From assembly GCF_009914755.1 (NCBI RefSeq), contig NC_060932.1: a stretch of DNA of 64,000 nucleotides. The stretch is one strand, 5' to 3'. Position 1 is the stretch's first letter. Every line of letters begins with the position of its first letter. Of the stretch, positions 1-21,278 are shown in pieces. The notes beneath the pieces are model-generated. The model was given only the letters and a program-made list of their open reading frames with translations. It searched no databases and had not been told where the DNA came from. Origin of the DNA: the human T2T-CHM13v2.0 reference genome, Homo sapiens. Both the position numbers and the translations under genes were made by a program.

Positions 1-150
1 GTCTCTCAGCTCTGTCTTTTGTTACTCGATATCCAGTGTCTTAAAAACCATTGCTTTATCTTGTCTGCTTTGTTTGTTTGTGTATTTGTTTCAAGCTGGA
101 GTGTATTCTAATCTTTGGTATTCCATTTTGTCTGGAAGCACAAATTGCCA
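1..150 (-). mobile_element. Old L1M 5'-end fragment
   Basis: atccagtgtcttaaaaaccattg...ttccattttgtctggaagca resembles the reverse complement of L1M-type 5' termini; heavily diverged. Confidence 0.4.
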
Positions 151-189
151 TTTATATGTTATAATTCCTGAATTTAAGTATTCAGCTAG

Positions 190-985
190 GAATGTAAGCT
201 CATTCTAATCTTATATATCCAATTGCTTATTTTATATCTCTTTGATTGCTGCTAGTTATCTCAAACTTATTTTGGAAATGAAGCTTTTGATGTACTGATG
301 TTTCTCCAACTCTTCTTTTGCCAGGTTTCCCATCTCAGTAGAAACAATACAAAAAATCAGAATGCCCCAGTTTCTATATTAGTTCCAACATGTGCTCACC
401 ATGCAGGCTTCAGCAGATGACTTCACCTTTTCATTATTTAGTTTCATTGTCCACTAAACAGAGGTGAACTAATGAAGCCAGTATCTAAATCATAGATTTG
501 TTGTGTTTCTTGTTGTGGTTGTATTTTTAAATGGATTAGCACATTTTAAGGGAGTGATGTAGCTTAGTTTCTCAGTAACTGTTAGCCACTGACTTTCTTT
601 ATGTACCTTGAAACTCTAAATCCTGTCTTAGAGCGCCTAATGTTCTGTATAACTACACAGCTCCTCTCCCAGCACTTTGACTGACTAATTTAATATTGTT
701 GTAAAGGTCTAACTGAAATATCATCTCCTCAGGGAGACTTTAGAAAGAACACTGAAAGAAATTTCCAAAGAAATTCATACAAGCTATTTTCTAGTAAGAT
801 GCAATGGTTATGTGGCTCCTAGTAATCACAATTTTTAAACATCTTATGTATCTATTTTTTTGTTTTTTTTTATATGTCTTACTCATCAAAATGTGAGCTC
901 CTTGAGTATACGAACCTTGTTAATTCTATATCTCAATTTTTTCAGGCATATAGTAGGTATTTTATCAATATTTGTTGATTTAAAC
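190..985 (+). mobile_element. L2 LINE 3' fragments with an intervening MIR-like piece (~400-475)
   Basis: tatatccaattgcttattttatatctc...tctcaaactt and atgtgagctccttgag...ggcatatagtaggtattttatcaatatttgttg match L2 3' motifs. Confidence 0.6.
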
Positions 986-1778
986 TATACATTGAATTTT
1001 TGTTTCTCTTTTTCATACATTGCCCCAGTATTTATACTGTACTCTCCTCTAATCCTGATGCTTATTTCCCCTTCCACTTCTATTTCCTCAGGCCCACTTT
1101 TGTTCTCTCTCTTTGTCTCTCTCTCTCCTTCTTTCTTTTCCTAATGATAAATCATTGTCTTTTATATTTGTAGAGCTTACACCTTTGAAGAAAATTATGA
1201 AGCTACTCTGCCAGCACAATATAAATTGTAGGTTCCATGGACAAATATCAGATTTGTTTTATCCACTACCAATACCCCAAATTGTAAGCTGACATGAAAC
1301 TCATCATCAGAGTGGCCAAGATTGATTTTCAATTTTCATTTGAGTGGTCTTTGGTTCAAATTGGTAAAGAATGATGTGCTATTAGTTAAAAGTAATTTTA
1401 GAAAGAAAATAGTTACCAGGGAGTCTAGCAAACTAATGTGGATTAGTCAAACTGATAATAGTGAAGGTTCATAATTATATTTACCACGCTTGCTACAATT
1501 ATACTTATGTCTATTGACTTTCTTAGTTCATATGGAAAACTAGTTAGATGTAGAGATTCCCTGTCTTTAGCGTTTCATCTCTAATTTATTTTTAGTCAGT
1601 TCATAAAATGAAAAAGATGATAATCGAGACAGCAACCTTTATAAGAAGTTTGAATACTGAGAATATTCAATTTATTTTGTAGAAAAAAATAGATGCTTTG
1701 GTCAAATATTATATTTCTGTTTATCACAGAAGTTTGAGAAAAAGCTTTCATTATTGGTAACAGATGTTTACCTACTTA

Positions 1779-2303
1779 TTTTATTATTATGATTATACTT
1801 TAAGTTCTGGTATACATGTACAGAATGTGCAGGCTTGTTACATAGTTATACATGAGCCATGGTGGTTTGCTGCACCCATCAACACATCATCTAAGTTTTA
1901 AGCCCCGCATGCATTAGGTATTTTTCCTAATGCTATCCCTCCCCATGCCCCCTACCTCCCAACAGGCCCTGGTGTGTGATGTTCCCCTCCCTGTGTCCAT
2001 GTGTTCTCTTTGTTCACATCCCACTTACGAGTAGGAACATGTGGTGTTTGATTTTCTATTCCTGTATTAGTTTACTGGGAATGATGGCTTTCAGTTTTAT
2101 CCATATCCCTGCAAAGGATATGAACTCATTCTTTTTTATGGCTGCATAGTATTCTATGGTGTATATGTGCCACATTTTCTTTATGCTGCCTGTCATTGAT
2201 GGACATTTGGGTTAGTTCCAGGCCTTTGCTGTTGTAAATAGTTCTCCAAGGTTGAAACAAAGGAAAAATCTTAAGGGCAGCCAGAGCAAAAGGTCAGTCT
2301 ACC
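1779..2303 (-). mobile_element. 5'-truncated L1PA8-like element with inverted ORF1 fragment (2244-2303)
   Basis: tatactttaagttctgg...ttttaagccccgcatgcattagg L1PA 3' end on minus; 10-bp TSD tacctactta at 1769-1778 and 2304-2313. Confidence 0.9.
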
Positions 2304-2870
2304 TACCTACTTACTGATTTACCTTTATGTAGATGAGTGTAATTTGACTTTTTCTTTTTAAATTTTATGTTAGGCCCTAGCTAAAGAACCTTTGATTTTC
2401 AATTGATGTACTATGTGGGCAGAAAACATCAGAAAGAATGTCTTTTTTTTTTTTTTTGGTAAATAAATTAACAATACTAATGGATAAGGTGACTAAAAAA
2501 CACTGAAATGAGAGCTTTGTTGTCCATGAAAGCCCTTTGATTCATCAACTGCCTTGTAACTCATCTGCTACTCTTCATTCCGGTGTTCCACACTGAGCAC
2601 AATGGAGTAGGGCTGCTATTTACCCCAGAATTGCAAATGTACAACTTTACTTTTAAAAGGTTTCCAATAATTATTGGTTCAATAAAACTTAAATATAGCT
2701 TGTGATGGAGAAATATAGGAGATAGGTAGACTTAAAGGTCTGGATAAATAAAAGATCTGGTTTGATTTGGTACCACAATCCAAGGAGGACTTGTTCTGCT
2801 TTGCTTTTGCTGGTTGAGAGCAGCCCTGACATCCATGGTAGTAACTCAGATCTAAGGCCATCATTGGATC

Positions 2871-4050
<1,180 letters not shown>

Positions 4051-5304
4051 AGACTCTTATTCGTCCTTTTCCTGAGAGTGGAAACTAGCCTAACACTCGG
4101 CTACCATAGCTGAGATGGTGCCATTAATAGGGTTATCTTTGTATAATCACCACCTGTCTAGCTGACTCCCAAATATTAACACTTGTCAGGATTTCCCAAG
4201 TTGGAAGTCTCCGAAATAAATGAGTTTGTCCATATCAGGACATAGTAACACAGGTAATTGTCTCAGTGTATAAAACAAATAAATAAAGTCTATTTTGACA
4301 CTTCAAATTTTAACCTAGTAATTTATGATTTAAGTTTTAACGATATGTTTTAACTTATTTTCTAAAGATTGCTTTGACTGTAATCTATGATCTATGAGCA
4401 TGAGTGAAAAGAGAAGCACAGGATGGGGCTTCTCACGTGAATAAGGACTGACGATCCTTTGATGACCATCAGTAACTATTATCCAGTGAGCCACTCCAAG
4501 TGTCAGGCTTGCAGTCCTAGCAAAATCCACAGATCAAAGAGCATCATTCCATGATTCGTGGCCATATGCCAGGTTGTTCTGCTGAGTGATTCCCTAGCTA
4601 CCTATGGATAGGCCAGATTTCTGGTGTATCAGGCAAAATTTTAAAGCATTTATTTTAGTCTTACTGCTTCAGGTTAGCTTGATTTCATGACTAATGTGCA
4701 GCAGATATTGAGGGCTGCCCAAATGTAATACATGTTCAAAAGAGCTGCATTTGCAATAGACATCTTTAAAATATCAGAAGTCTAGCTATCATTCCAAGTT
4801 CTGTTTTTTATTCCCCAGAGAAACAGTATGTGAAGGTAGGTCTAATATCATGAATGGGCTCAGGCCTGAGAGTTTCCTAGAGTGACCATTTCCTCCATAT
4901 AGAACACTATGATTGAAAGCTATAGATTAATCTGGCAGTTAGTAAGAAATTCTACAAATATTAAAACAGTAGTTTAAACAAATTTTCTCTCCTCCCCAAC
5001 AGTTGCCCAAGATTACGTTATAAGAAGGTGAAAGACCTAGAATTTGAACTCAGTAGTCTGATTAGTAAGATTAACATCATTTTCCTTGTATTGGGTTGTA
5101 TATTTACAATTGGGTTATAAAATAAATTTATCCTGTAAAATATTAAAAGTCCAAATGGGTTCTTAACAGTCAAAGAGGTGAAAGTCACCATGACAGATAT
5201 CACCATAATATAAAAAATTCAGAATTTCTGAATTTCTAGGAAGCTCTGAAGACCAGGATTAGGTTTAGAATACAATAGATTCATGTGGAAGGTGAGTTAA
5301 AAAT

Positions 5305-5719
<415 letters not shown>

Positions 5720-8091
5720 TTAACTCCATGGAAACATTTAGAAAAGCCATTCTGGACTTAGGTGCCAAAAGAAATGCTCTTAATTAAGCTGTATGCATAA
5801 TGAGTACAGATATTTAATTCCTATGATGAAAAACAAGTGCCTGAATCATACCACCTTCTAAACGTCAGTAAGTATCATTGTAACTTTCATGAAAGCTAGA
5901 GCAAAATTCATTACATGGTGAATATTATCTTTATTTGAAGATTTTGGTCAGGCTAAAACAAATGTCTATCAATAGTCAGAGAAAAAAATTATTTGGTAAT
6001 GTCTTGTGCGGTAATTACTGCTTGAATTAGTGAATTGAAAATGGGATTCCACTGGGGTCTCTATAAACTGTATTTGTCACCCAAAAGATATTGTCACTTC
6101 TTTCCATTTAGAAAAATAATTTGCTATTTTTAACTGCTTTGCAGTGCCATCAATTTGGAATAATCTGATTTCCTCTGTTATATTTTGCTTTTATGTCATG
6201 AAAGTTATAAAGAGAATTTACTGTCTTTTTTTATTAAAACTCCAGCTCTGGTTCCGGCCATTGTATTTCCTAATTATGCTGGGAGGATGGCTTCTTATCA
6301 AGGTAGTTTACTTATGAGTAATGTTCTTTGTGTGGCTTCTGCAGTGGACAAGTTAGATTGCTTCTGACATCAGCTAGCAGTAAATTAGCTTCCAATTTGG
6401 CTGTGTTCTAAAAGACTGAAAGATTTACTTTGTCAACATCCATGCATTCAGATGAAAATAACTTCTTTAGTTTGATTTTGCTTTTTATCTGAGGCACAGA
6501 GCTGTTTCTAGAGCTTCTAATTGTCTTATACCTCCTATTTAAGGAGAAAAACTATACTTTTCCATACCTTCATGTTGTGAAATGTTTTGTTTTGTATGGT
6601 GTTTTGTTTTATTTATTTAAACTGATACTGATTGATATTGTTCTTTTAATGATAGTTTATATTTGGCTAAGAAGCCTGAAGATGGCCAGGTGCTTAATCA
6701 AGAATTCTGCAAAAGTAAATTCTAGAATCTCAGGTGAAATGATGTAAGTGAAAAACACCAGATTCCAAGTAGGTACTAAAAGATGAGAGTCGGATAATAC
6801 AGTGGTAGAAAGAAAAATAACCATTTCCTTATGGGTACTATGACCCAGAGAAACACTTTTGATGAAATTATTCATGCTAGAATGCAACTTATTAGGATGT
6901 TTCAATGACATGAGTGGTATTTTTTAAAAGCATATATGTTAAGAATAAAATTCCCTGATGTGGAGTAAGGAAATGTTAGGTCTTATTTTAAACTGAGCTT
7001 CTTAACTTCCTAAAAATTAATTGAAAACAAAACCATAACATTTTTACTTGTAAGTATAGTAATTATAAAAGATGGATTTATTAAGGCAGGACAATCATTT
7101 AGAATAATAACTGCTGCCAATACCTCTTTGTGATTTTTAGTGAATTAGTTTTTTTGTAATCAGTTGGAAACACTAATATGAAATAAGTTGGGGTGTTAAA
7201 TTTGTTTCTGTGGCCTTTATTAAGAAGATCTTGGCAAGCATTGCTAGTAAGTCAGTAAGAATTTCAGCTAATGTAAGGGAGAATACAAAGTAACAATCTC
7301 AACTCATTTTAAATAACATTGAAATCATGTTGACTTTATTTCTAAGTACACTCCTTCCATTTTGGGCATTAGTGTTTCTCAACACTATGCTTGTACTTGA
7401 ATTTCTCAGAACTTCTTTTTAGTTGCACATCTAGCACATGTTTACTTAGGGGAACACAACTGGTTCAAGGTAAAACAAAGTTATCTAAGGGTTTCTCAAA
7501 GGATGTCTTAAAAGGCATAATATCTTGACAAAAAAATACTGAAATTAACTACTTTATGGTAGAAGACATGTTTCCTCCGTTTAAAAGATAGTGTTCTGCC
7601 AAACCAAATGGTTTGTTTTCATTAATGCAAAAGCTAAACAATCTGTCTCTCTGGATTCCCACCCCTGTTTTTGTGTGTTCTGTCACTATCAGCATTAGCC
7701 CCAGCGCAGAGTTAAGAGTTCATCACTGGGCAGTGGAAGCCAAGTAGCAAGTAGGAGTGAGGAGGATACCCAGCTGAAAGAGAAGAAATGTAGCTTAGAA
7801 TGTAGCTCAGACCAGGAAGGTTGGGCCATATGGTGGGCAAAGCAAAAGAGGGCCTGTAGTTGGAGACAAAGTCAAAATGATAGTGGGCAAATATAATCCA
7901 GGGAAGTCTCAATCCAAAAGACCATGCTGGCAGACAGCTTCCAAAATGTAGTGTAGGTTTAAAGGGAGTATGGGAAGTGAACCACATTGTCCAAGAAATC
8001 CAATGATGGCTGGAGGTTAGGGAGAACGAGAAGAGAGTCCAGCAGCTGAGAAATGGGCTAGCAAGTAAAGGTAAATGGTAAGTCACAGTCA

Positions 8092-9090
8092 ATGACTTCT
8101 GCACAGCAAAAGAAACTATTATCAGAATGAACAGACAACCTACAGAATGGGAGAAATATTTTGCAATGTATCCATCTAACAAAGGTCTAATATCCAGAAT
8201 CCACAAGGGGACTTAAATTTACAACAAAAAAACAACCCCATTAAAAAGTGGGCAAAGGACATGAACAGACACTTATCAAAAGAAGACATTTATGTGGCCA
8301 ACAAACATGAAAAAAGGTCAAAGGTCAACATCACTGATCATTAGAGAAATGCAAAACAAAACCACAATGAGATACCATCTCACACCAGTCAGAATGGTGA
8401 TTATTAAAAAGTCAAGAAACAACAGATGCTGGTGAGGCTGTGGAGAAATAAGAATGTTTTTACATTGTTGTTGGGAATGTAAATTAGTTCAACCATTGTG
8501 GAAGACAGTGTGGTGATTCCTCAAAGACCTAGAATCAGAAATACCATTTGACCCAGCAATCTCATTACTGGGTATATACACAAAGGAATATAAATCATTC
8601 TGTTATAAAGACACATGCACGCGTATGTTGATTGCAGCACTATTCACAATAGCAAAGACATGGAATCAATCCAAATACCCATCAATGATAGGCTAGATAA
8701 AGAAAATGTGATACATATACACATTGGAATACTATGCAGCCATAAAAAAGAACAATATCATGCCCTTTGCAGGGACATGGATAGAGATGGAAGCCATTAT
8801 CCTCAGCAAATTAACACAGGAACAGAAAACCAAACACTGCATGTTCTCACTTATAAGTGGGAGCTGAACAATGAGAACACATGGACACAGGGACGGGAAC
8901 AATACACACTGGGTCTGTTTCAGGGGTGAGCGAGAGAGAACATCAGGATAGCTAATGCATGTAGGGCTTAAAACCTAGGTGATGGGTTGATAGGTGCAGC
9001 AAACCACCATGGAACATGTTTACCTATGTAACAAACCTGCATGTCCTGCACATGTATCCAGAACTGAAAATTAAATTAAATTTAAAAAAA
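8092..9090 (+). mobile_element. 5'-truncated L1PA8/10-like (ORF2 C-terminus + 3'UTR)
   Basis: cttctgcacagcaaaagaaact...gctaatgcatgtagggcttaaaacctagg...aaattaaattaaatttaaaaaaa. Confidence 0.95.
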
Positions 9091-9109
9091 GAACAAATGC
9101 TCTTTATTG

Positions 9110-9315
9110 ATCATTTACTGTGTGTCAAACACTGAGCTAAACCATCTACACATATTCTCATTCAATCTTCAGAATTGTTCTAGAAAGTAAGTTGTACTAT
9201 TCCCAGTATAGAAACAAACAAGACAAAGCTCAGGGAAGTTAGTTAGTAATTTACTCTTGTCCACATAGCCAATAAATAGCAGGGTGAACAATGAAATCCA
9301 GACTTTGTAACTACT
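9110..9315 (-). mobile_element. MIR SINE
   Basis: catttactgtgtgtcaaacactgagctaa...ctcagggaagttagttagtaattt...cacatagccaataaatagcag. Confidence 0.7.
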
Positions 9316-10362
9316 AAGCTTTTATCTAGCATCTGTGCAACTGGGCAGAGGCCATCAGGGTATTTCCAAACATCATATATTGGAAAGCTGGAAACATTGA
9401 TGAATGGCCCTTGACCTCTTGTTCTTAGATGGTATGGAGGGAAGGAGTGAGTTGGAGAGGGCCATGGCAGGGGCAGTGGGAGCATGATAATCATAAGTAT
9501 AACCTGAGAGGAAGCAGCAGGGCAAGTCTTGAAACTCAACCATCTCCCAGAGTTGGGGACATGCTGTTTCCTGCACTGTTTCATTTCTTCATGAAGGTTT
9601 TCTTTTTTCAAGCCAAATTCCATATTATCTACTTTTTTAAACCAGCTATTCTATCTTTAGTTGTAATTCAGCTTCCCAATAATGTTTTTGCTTTGTTTCT
9701 AAGGGATTATTGATGGAATGTCAAGACTGAGTATTACTGTTGTTTCTGATTACTGTGAATAGCGGGTGTGTCCCACTTCCTTTCAGAGGGGCTCTGACAG
9801 TTGCCTTAGGTCCATGACATCGTCTTGGGTATTTTCTACAATCGCTTTCTAAATTCTAAAGTTTGGATGTCTAACTTTCCAGATTTTACAAAACATATTA
9901 AAAATCTATACTAGCCAAATGAAAGATTTTGGTTACATTTGAGTGGTTAGTAAACATTAGCTTTCCTTTACTATTTAACCTCAGATTAGAATTTCAGAGA
10001 CTGGAATTTACTAACTTTAATGTAACATTAACAATTTCCACAGTTCATAAAGCACTACAGGAAAAAATATATCAGGTAACTAGCCAAGCACGGGGCATAA
10101 AGTTTGCTATAAATATTAAAGGTACATTTGTCATAAATCACTAGATTTAGATCATAAAGTATCCTTCTACATAAAGTATACATAAACTACTGTATTATTA
10201 TGTTACACACGTACTATAGCAGAATAGTAGCAAACTAAGTTTAGAAAAGCTTGCCACTACCTTTTCATTCCAGTTATCAAGAATCAAATGTCAGCCTTTA
10301 ACTATTGCTTAAAACACCACCAAGAAAGAATAACATCCTAAGTACAGATTTAGTTTTATGAT

Positions 10363-10363
<1 letters not shown>

Positions 10364-10397
<34 letters not shown>
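10364..10397. repeat. (CA)17 microsatellite
   Basis: Perfect CA run read directly. Confidence 0.99.
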
Positions 10398-10398
<1 letters not shown>

Positions 10399-11319
10399 CT
10401 GTTACAGAGTGTCTTCTAGGACATGATGAATATAGAAGTCTGAATCTATTCTTTGTGCTGATTATATCATTTTACCCAAGAAATCAACATTGCCATTTTT
10501 GAACAAAAGACAGAAAACCTAAATTACTTAGGTTGCAATTAAGACTTCTATTTTTATTAGAGCTTTGTAATAGATTCAAGAAGAAATTTGTGAATTTGCA
10601 GAGCATAATTTTCTTATATGTGGACAAACTCTGGTTAAAATATTAGAAACCATTGTATAAAACCATAAATTTTAAACAAAAATAAGATATGATTTGCTGT
10701 CAGAGAGAAATTAATCTGTATACCAAAAAAGACTGTGAGTTTGTAACTGTCTGTAAATGCACTAGTTACAAAATAGCAAATAGAACAAATGACTTGTTTA
10801 ATATTGTTTAACTGCTAGGAATGTTTATAAAATGTCCAACAAAAATATCTGGTATAATTATTATATTTATTAGAACTCTAAAGCTGAAAAATCTAATGAC
10901 TTGATATTCTCTAAAAACTAGTATGAATCAAACACTTGTTATTTTCCAATAATGTAGATTAACCGAGGCCTAAATTTGTGTCAAAGGAGAATATGAAAAC
11001 TTAAAGCATCAATATCCAAGCAGTTTTCTTTTCTTAATGAGTACAAAAGCAGAGGTAAGAGTTGAGGGTGGAGGAAATATGAGGCTCCAAATCCACATTC
11101 CTGTTACTTTTGGTTTAGCCAGTCAGAAAAATAACTTTAAGTATATTCCAACAGAGGGAAAAGGTGGGAAAATAAGCAGGTGCAGCTACATGCAGCCTCA
11201 GAAATAAACATACACTCTATGCGATGCACACTTGAATTTTTACTTACTATCTAAAATGGCTGAATTGAAAGGGAAGTACACATACCTCTTATCCTTTTCT
11301 CCCCTCTAAACTCAAAAAC

Positions 11320-16020
<4,701 letters not shown>

Positions 16021-16247
16021 CCTCACTTAAACTCAACTTTAATGATATGCACTTTCCTAATATGCAATTAACCAAAATAGGGTTAAGAAAAATATACATA
16101 TGTAGGCTTTATAATATGGTCTTTCAAAATATAAGGTGGAAATAAGGTGGGCGTAATTTAATATGGTGCTATAATGTTTGTTCTTTAATATGGCTTCATG
16201 GTTGACTAAGCAAGTTATTACTCTGTTTGGAAAATTAAAATTTTTCT

Positions 16248-16635
<388 letters not shown>

Positions 16636-17209
16636 CTAGGTAGAAGATTCTGGAATCAACTTGACTTTCTACCTCATTAGTTGCTATTATTAGCACAACG
16701 TTGGAAATACTAGGAGCTATATTTTCTGGATGCAAGATAATCAGGTTTACATAAAGCTTTATTATAGTTGTCCTTTAGTGTCAAACGATGGCCTTTAGAT
16801 ATGAATCTATATTACTATAGAGAAAATATAGAAAATGAATTTTTGCCTTCTAGCACGAAAGTAGCCCAGTGAGCAAATAAATAGGAAACAAATCTTCACA
16901 TCATTTCAACATATATTATTTAAATATCAAAGTATTCTTAATAAATTTTCCTTAGCTGGAAGAACTAAACATTCACTTGGCTCATAGGTTTAATATAAGC
17001 TTGGAAAATCTTTGGGAAAGCAGACGTTTACCTTCTTTTTAGCCATTATTATTTGTCACAAATACCTCATTTTCTAAAAAAAATCCAATATCACTATTTC
17101 ACTGAAGAATATACTGTGGCTGCATTTAGTTCAGATTATTTTATTATTTTCAGGTAAGATACTTTGCAAAAGACTTGCTCAGAAATCTGAAAATTTTCAT
17201 TAAAAGTAA

Positions 17210-18030
<821 letters not shown>

Positions 18031-18225
18031 TTTTTCATATATATTTTTTAATCTTGGAAATTATTTCCAACATAGTAAACCAAGAAACATGCCAAACAAT
18101 TATATTTTTTAAAATTCTAAAACTAAAAAATATACATATTTTTAAAAATTTCTAAAGAAAAAGATTACTTGAAACCACTTACTGAAAGATCCTACAATAT
18201 GTTCTCGAAAAATCAACACAATGGC

Positions 18226-18520
18226 TGTGGTAGGCAGCCTCTAAAATGGCTCTCTATAATCGTCACCTTCAGGTATTCATGTCCTTGTCTGTTTCCCTCC
18301 TCCTGTGTGTGGGCTGGATCTAGTGAGTCACTTCCAATGGGTAGAAGACAGCTTTCAAGATTAGGTTACTTTCATCTTGTGCTTTCTCTCTCTCCTTCTC
18401 TTTCCCCTCCTCTCTCTGTGGGGGAAACAAGCTGCCATGTTATATACACTCCTGACAAGTACAGGCTATTTCTGCAAGGAACTGATGTCTTCAGCCAAGA
18501 GCCAGTGAGGAACTGAGACC
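18226..18520 (+). mobile_element. MLT1E/F-like LTR fragment
   Basis: tgtggtaggcagcctctaaaatggc...gggctggatctagtgagtcacttc...gccagtgaggaactgag. Confidence 0.75.
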
Positions 18521-18531
18521 ATACTATGTGA

Positions 18532-18927
<396 letters not shown>

Positions 18928-19399
18928 TTAAAGCAATACCTTGTGATGAATAAGAAATGGAATATGTGATCCAAGAATTTTATATCAAGATATCAGGGAA
19001 TGGTTTTCTCATGAGCCTTTACTAAGGAATCTACTAGTGAATTACTTTCAGATAACCAGAATGATGAGTAAAATATTGACATAAGGACTCATGCTGAAGA
19101 TTCACATTTTACTGTACAATAGTGTTCTACTCTAACCTACCATTTATACAAGGGGTTCCTAGAGTCCATACTTAATTCAGAAACTCTGTCTAGGTAATGA
19201 TCCCCTGGGGACATTCAACTAATTATGTTGATATTTTTGCCTTACACAAGTATGTTTGGATTTATTACTGAGTTTTCAAAACTAAGAATTAAAATATTAA
19301 GAAAATCAAGTGAAAAAGTTAAAAAAATGAAGACATGATACTTCAGTGAAGATGGAAAAGTTTCCTAATTAATAGGACATTCAGGAGGTTCTTCAGGAG

Positions 19400-19660
19400 A
19401 ATCTTGCTTCAGTAGTGGGGAAAATTCTCTCAAGACTGAGACTGTTCTGGTCTCACCTAACAAATCTTAACATTAAGACCCAACAGGTTTAAATGGTTTC
19501 CAGGTATCATAACAGTATCTCAAAACAAAGTTCTGGAGTACTTATAGAAATGCAAAATTATCTGCATCCAAGAAGATAAAACATACAAGTTTTGTCTCTC
19601 AATCAAAGATTATCAGGCATGCAGAGAAGTAGAAAAATATGACCCATAATGAAGGAACCC
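19400..19660 (+). mobile_element. Old L1M (MC/MD) 5' region fragment
   Basis: aatcaaagattatcaggcatgcagagaagtagaaaaatatgacccataatgaagg. Confidence 0.55.
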
Positions 19661-19959
19661 CCAAGGAAAGGGGTCTACTTGGACCAGGGTTTTGCACTAG
19701 ATTAAGGAATAAAGTATTTTTATTGTCAAAATCATGAATTATTTAAATTATATATTTTTTATACAAATTTTAGACAATTTTTAAACAAATTTTGCAGGTA
19801 TTCAAACAAATGTGTTCCAGTGAAGCAGCACGTTTGGTAATGATTCGTTAGACAGGATTCTTACTGGAATCATTTGAGGAAGTGATATTATGACACAGGC
19901 AGAAATGTAGCCTAATTATTTAGAATAATTTTTTTCATAAAGACAGTAAATAAAAGAGA

Positions 19960-20150
19960 ATAAAATAATAATATTGAGAACCTACAATGTGGTAGGTACT
20001 TTGGGCACATCAAGTTCAGTAACAAACTTTAAAATGTGTTATTATCTCAACTTTACAAAGAAACTGAAGTTCAAAGCAATAAATGTTCTTTTTGAAGATC
20101 ACACAGGTAGGAGGATGGGACAGCATTTGAATTTGGATTGGTCTGACATT
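19960..20150 (-). mobile_element. MIR SINE
   Basis: tattgagaacctacaatgtggtagg...tttacaaagaaactgaagttca...aagatcacacaggtag. Confidence 0.7.
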
Positions 20151-20589
20151 TAGTCTTCAGGTTTCTACTACACTATAGCGTTCTGCAAAGAAGCTGTTGC
20201 TCCATAGCATAGGTTTTCCTTCAAGGGGGACAGTCCACTCAAGCTAGTGTAAAAAGAAGTGATGAACTGCTTTAAAAATACAGAAAGAGACATGTTATGG
20301 CCACTTGATACTTTGTAATTCTTAGTCAATCATGAAGAAAAGCATTAATTGGATAATATGAACAGTAGGAATTTGTCCCAGGAAACTTTGATAGATGGAT
20401 TTAAACCAATGAAGCCAAAGATTTACAAATTAAATAAGAAGCACAAATCTAGTATGCTTAATGTTTTATACATTTGCTCTATATCTGATATTGAGTTATT
20501 TATGCTTAAATAAATGAACTATATAACATGAAAAATGTAATAAACGACATTATATTAATTGATAGGGAAATAACCTAAGTCATGTGGAT

Positions 20590-21045
20590 TTGGCTGTGAG
20601 ATTAGAATTGAACAGAATTTTTTTTTCCCAGCACTTTGAAGCTGTTTATTTATAGAATTATGGCCTCCACAGTGTCAGATGCAAAATCTGGGATCATTTG
20701 AACCCTATGTAATTATGTTATTCTTTTTCTGGCTGCTTTCAAGATTTTCTCTTTTTCTCTGGCTTTCAGCAGTTAAGACCATGATGTATCTAAACATAGC
20801 ATCTTAATTTATCATGTTTGAGGGTCACTGAGCTTCTTCAATCTGTATGTTTATGCCTTTTACCCGATTTTGGAAAATTTTGGCTAATTCTTCAAATACT
20901 TTTTCTCTCACATTCTTTCGTCTCATTCTGTGATTCCATTTATACATATGTTACGTCTTTTGATATTGTCTTAGAATTATCTGAGGCTCTGCTGATTTTT
21001 TCCAATCTTTTTAATATTTTTTGTCCATTCTTCAGATTGGACTAT
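20590..21045 (-). mobile_element. Old L1M ORF1 fragment
   Basis: ctggctgctttcaagattttctctttttctctggctttcagcagtt...ctgagcttcttcaatctgt. Confidence 0.65.
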
Positions 21046-21278
21046 TTCTTTTTTTTTCTTTTTCTTTTTTTTTTAGTACTTTAAGTTCTGTGATACATGT
21101 GCAGAATGTGCAGGTTTGTTACATAGGTATGCACGTGCCATGGTGGTTTGCTGCACCCATCAACCCATCATCTACATTAGGTATTTCTCCTAATACTCTC
21201 CCTCCTCTAGCTCTCCACCTCCCGACAGGCCCCAGTGTGTGATGTGTGATGTGTGATGTGTCCATGTGTTCTCATTGT

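Noticed and set aside
7712-8206. 164-aa minus-strand ORF
   Set aside because: Starts in antisense L1 and runs into unrecognisable sequence; no domain similarity apparent
21236-21262. (GTGTGAT)n mini-repeat in L1 3'UTR
   Set aside because: Trivial local slippage
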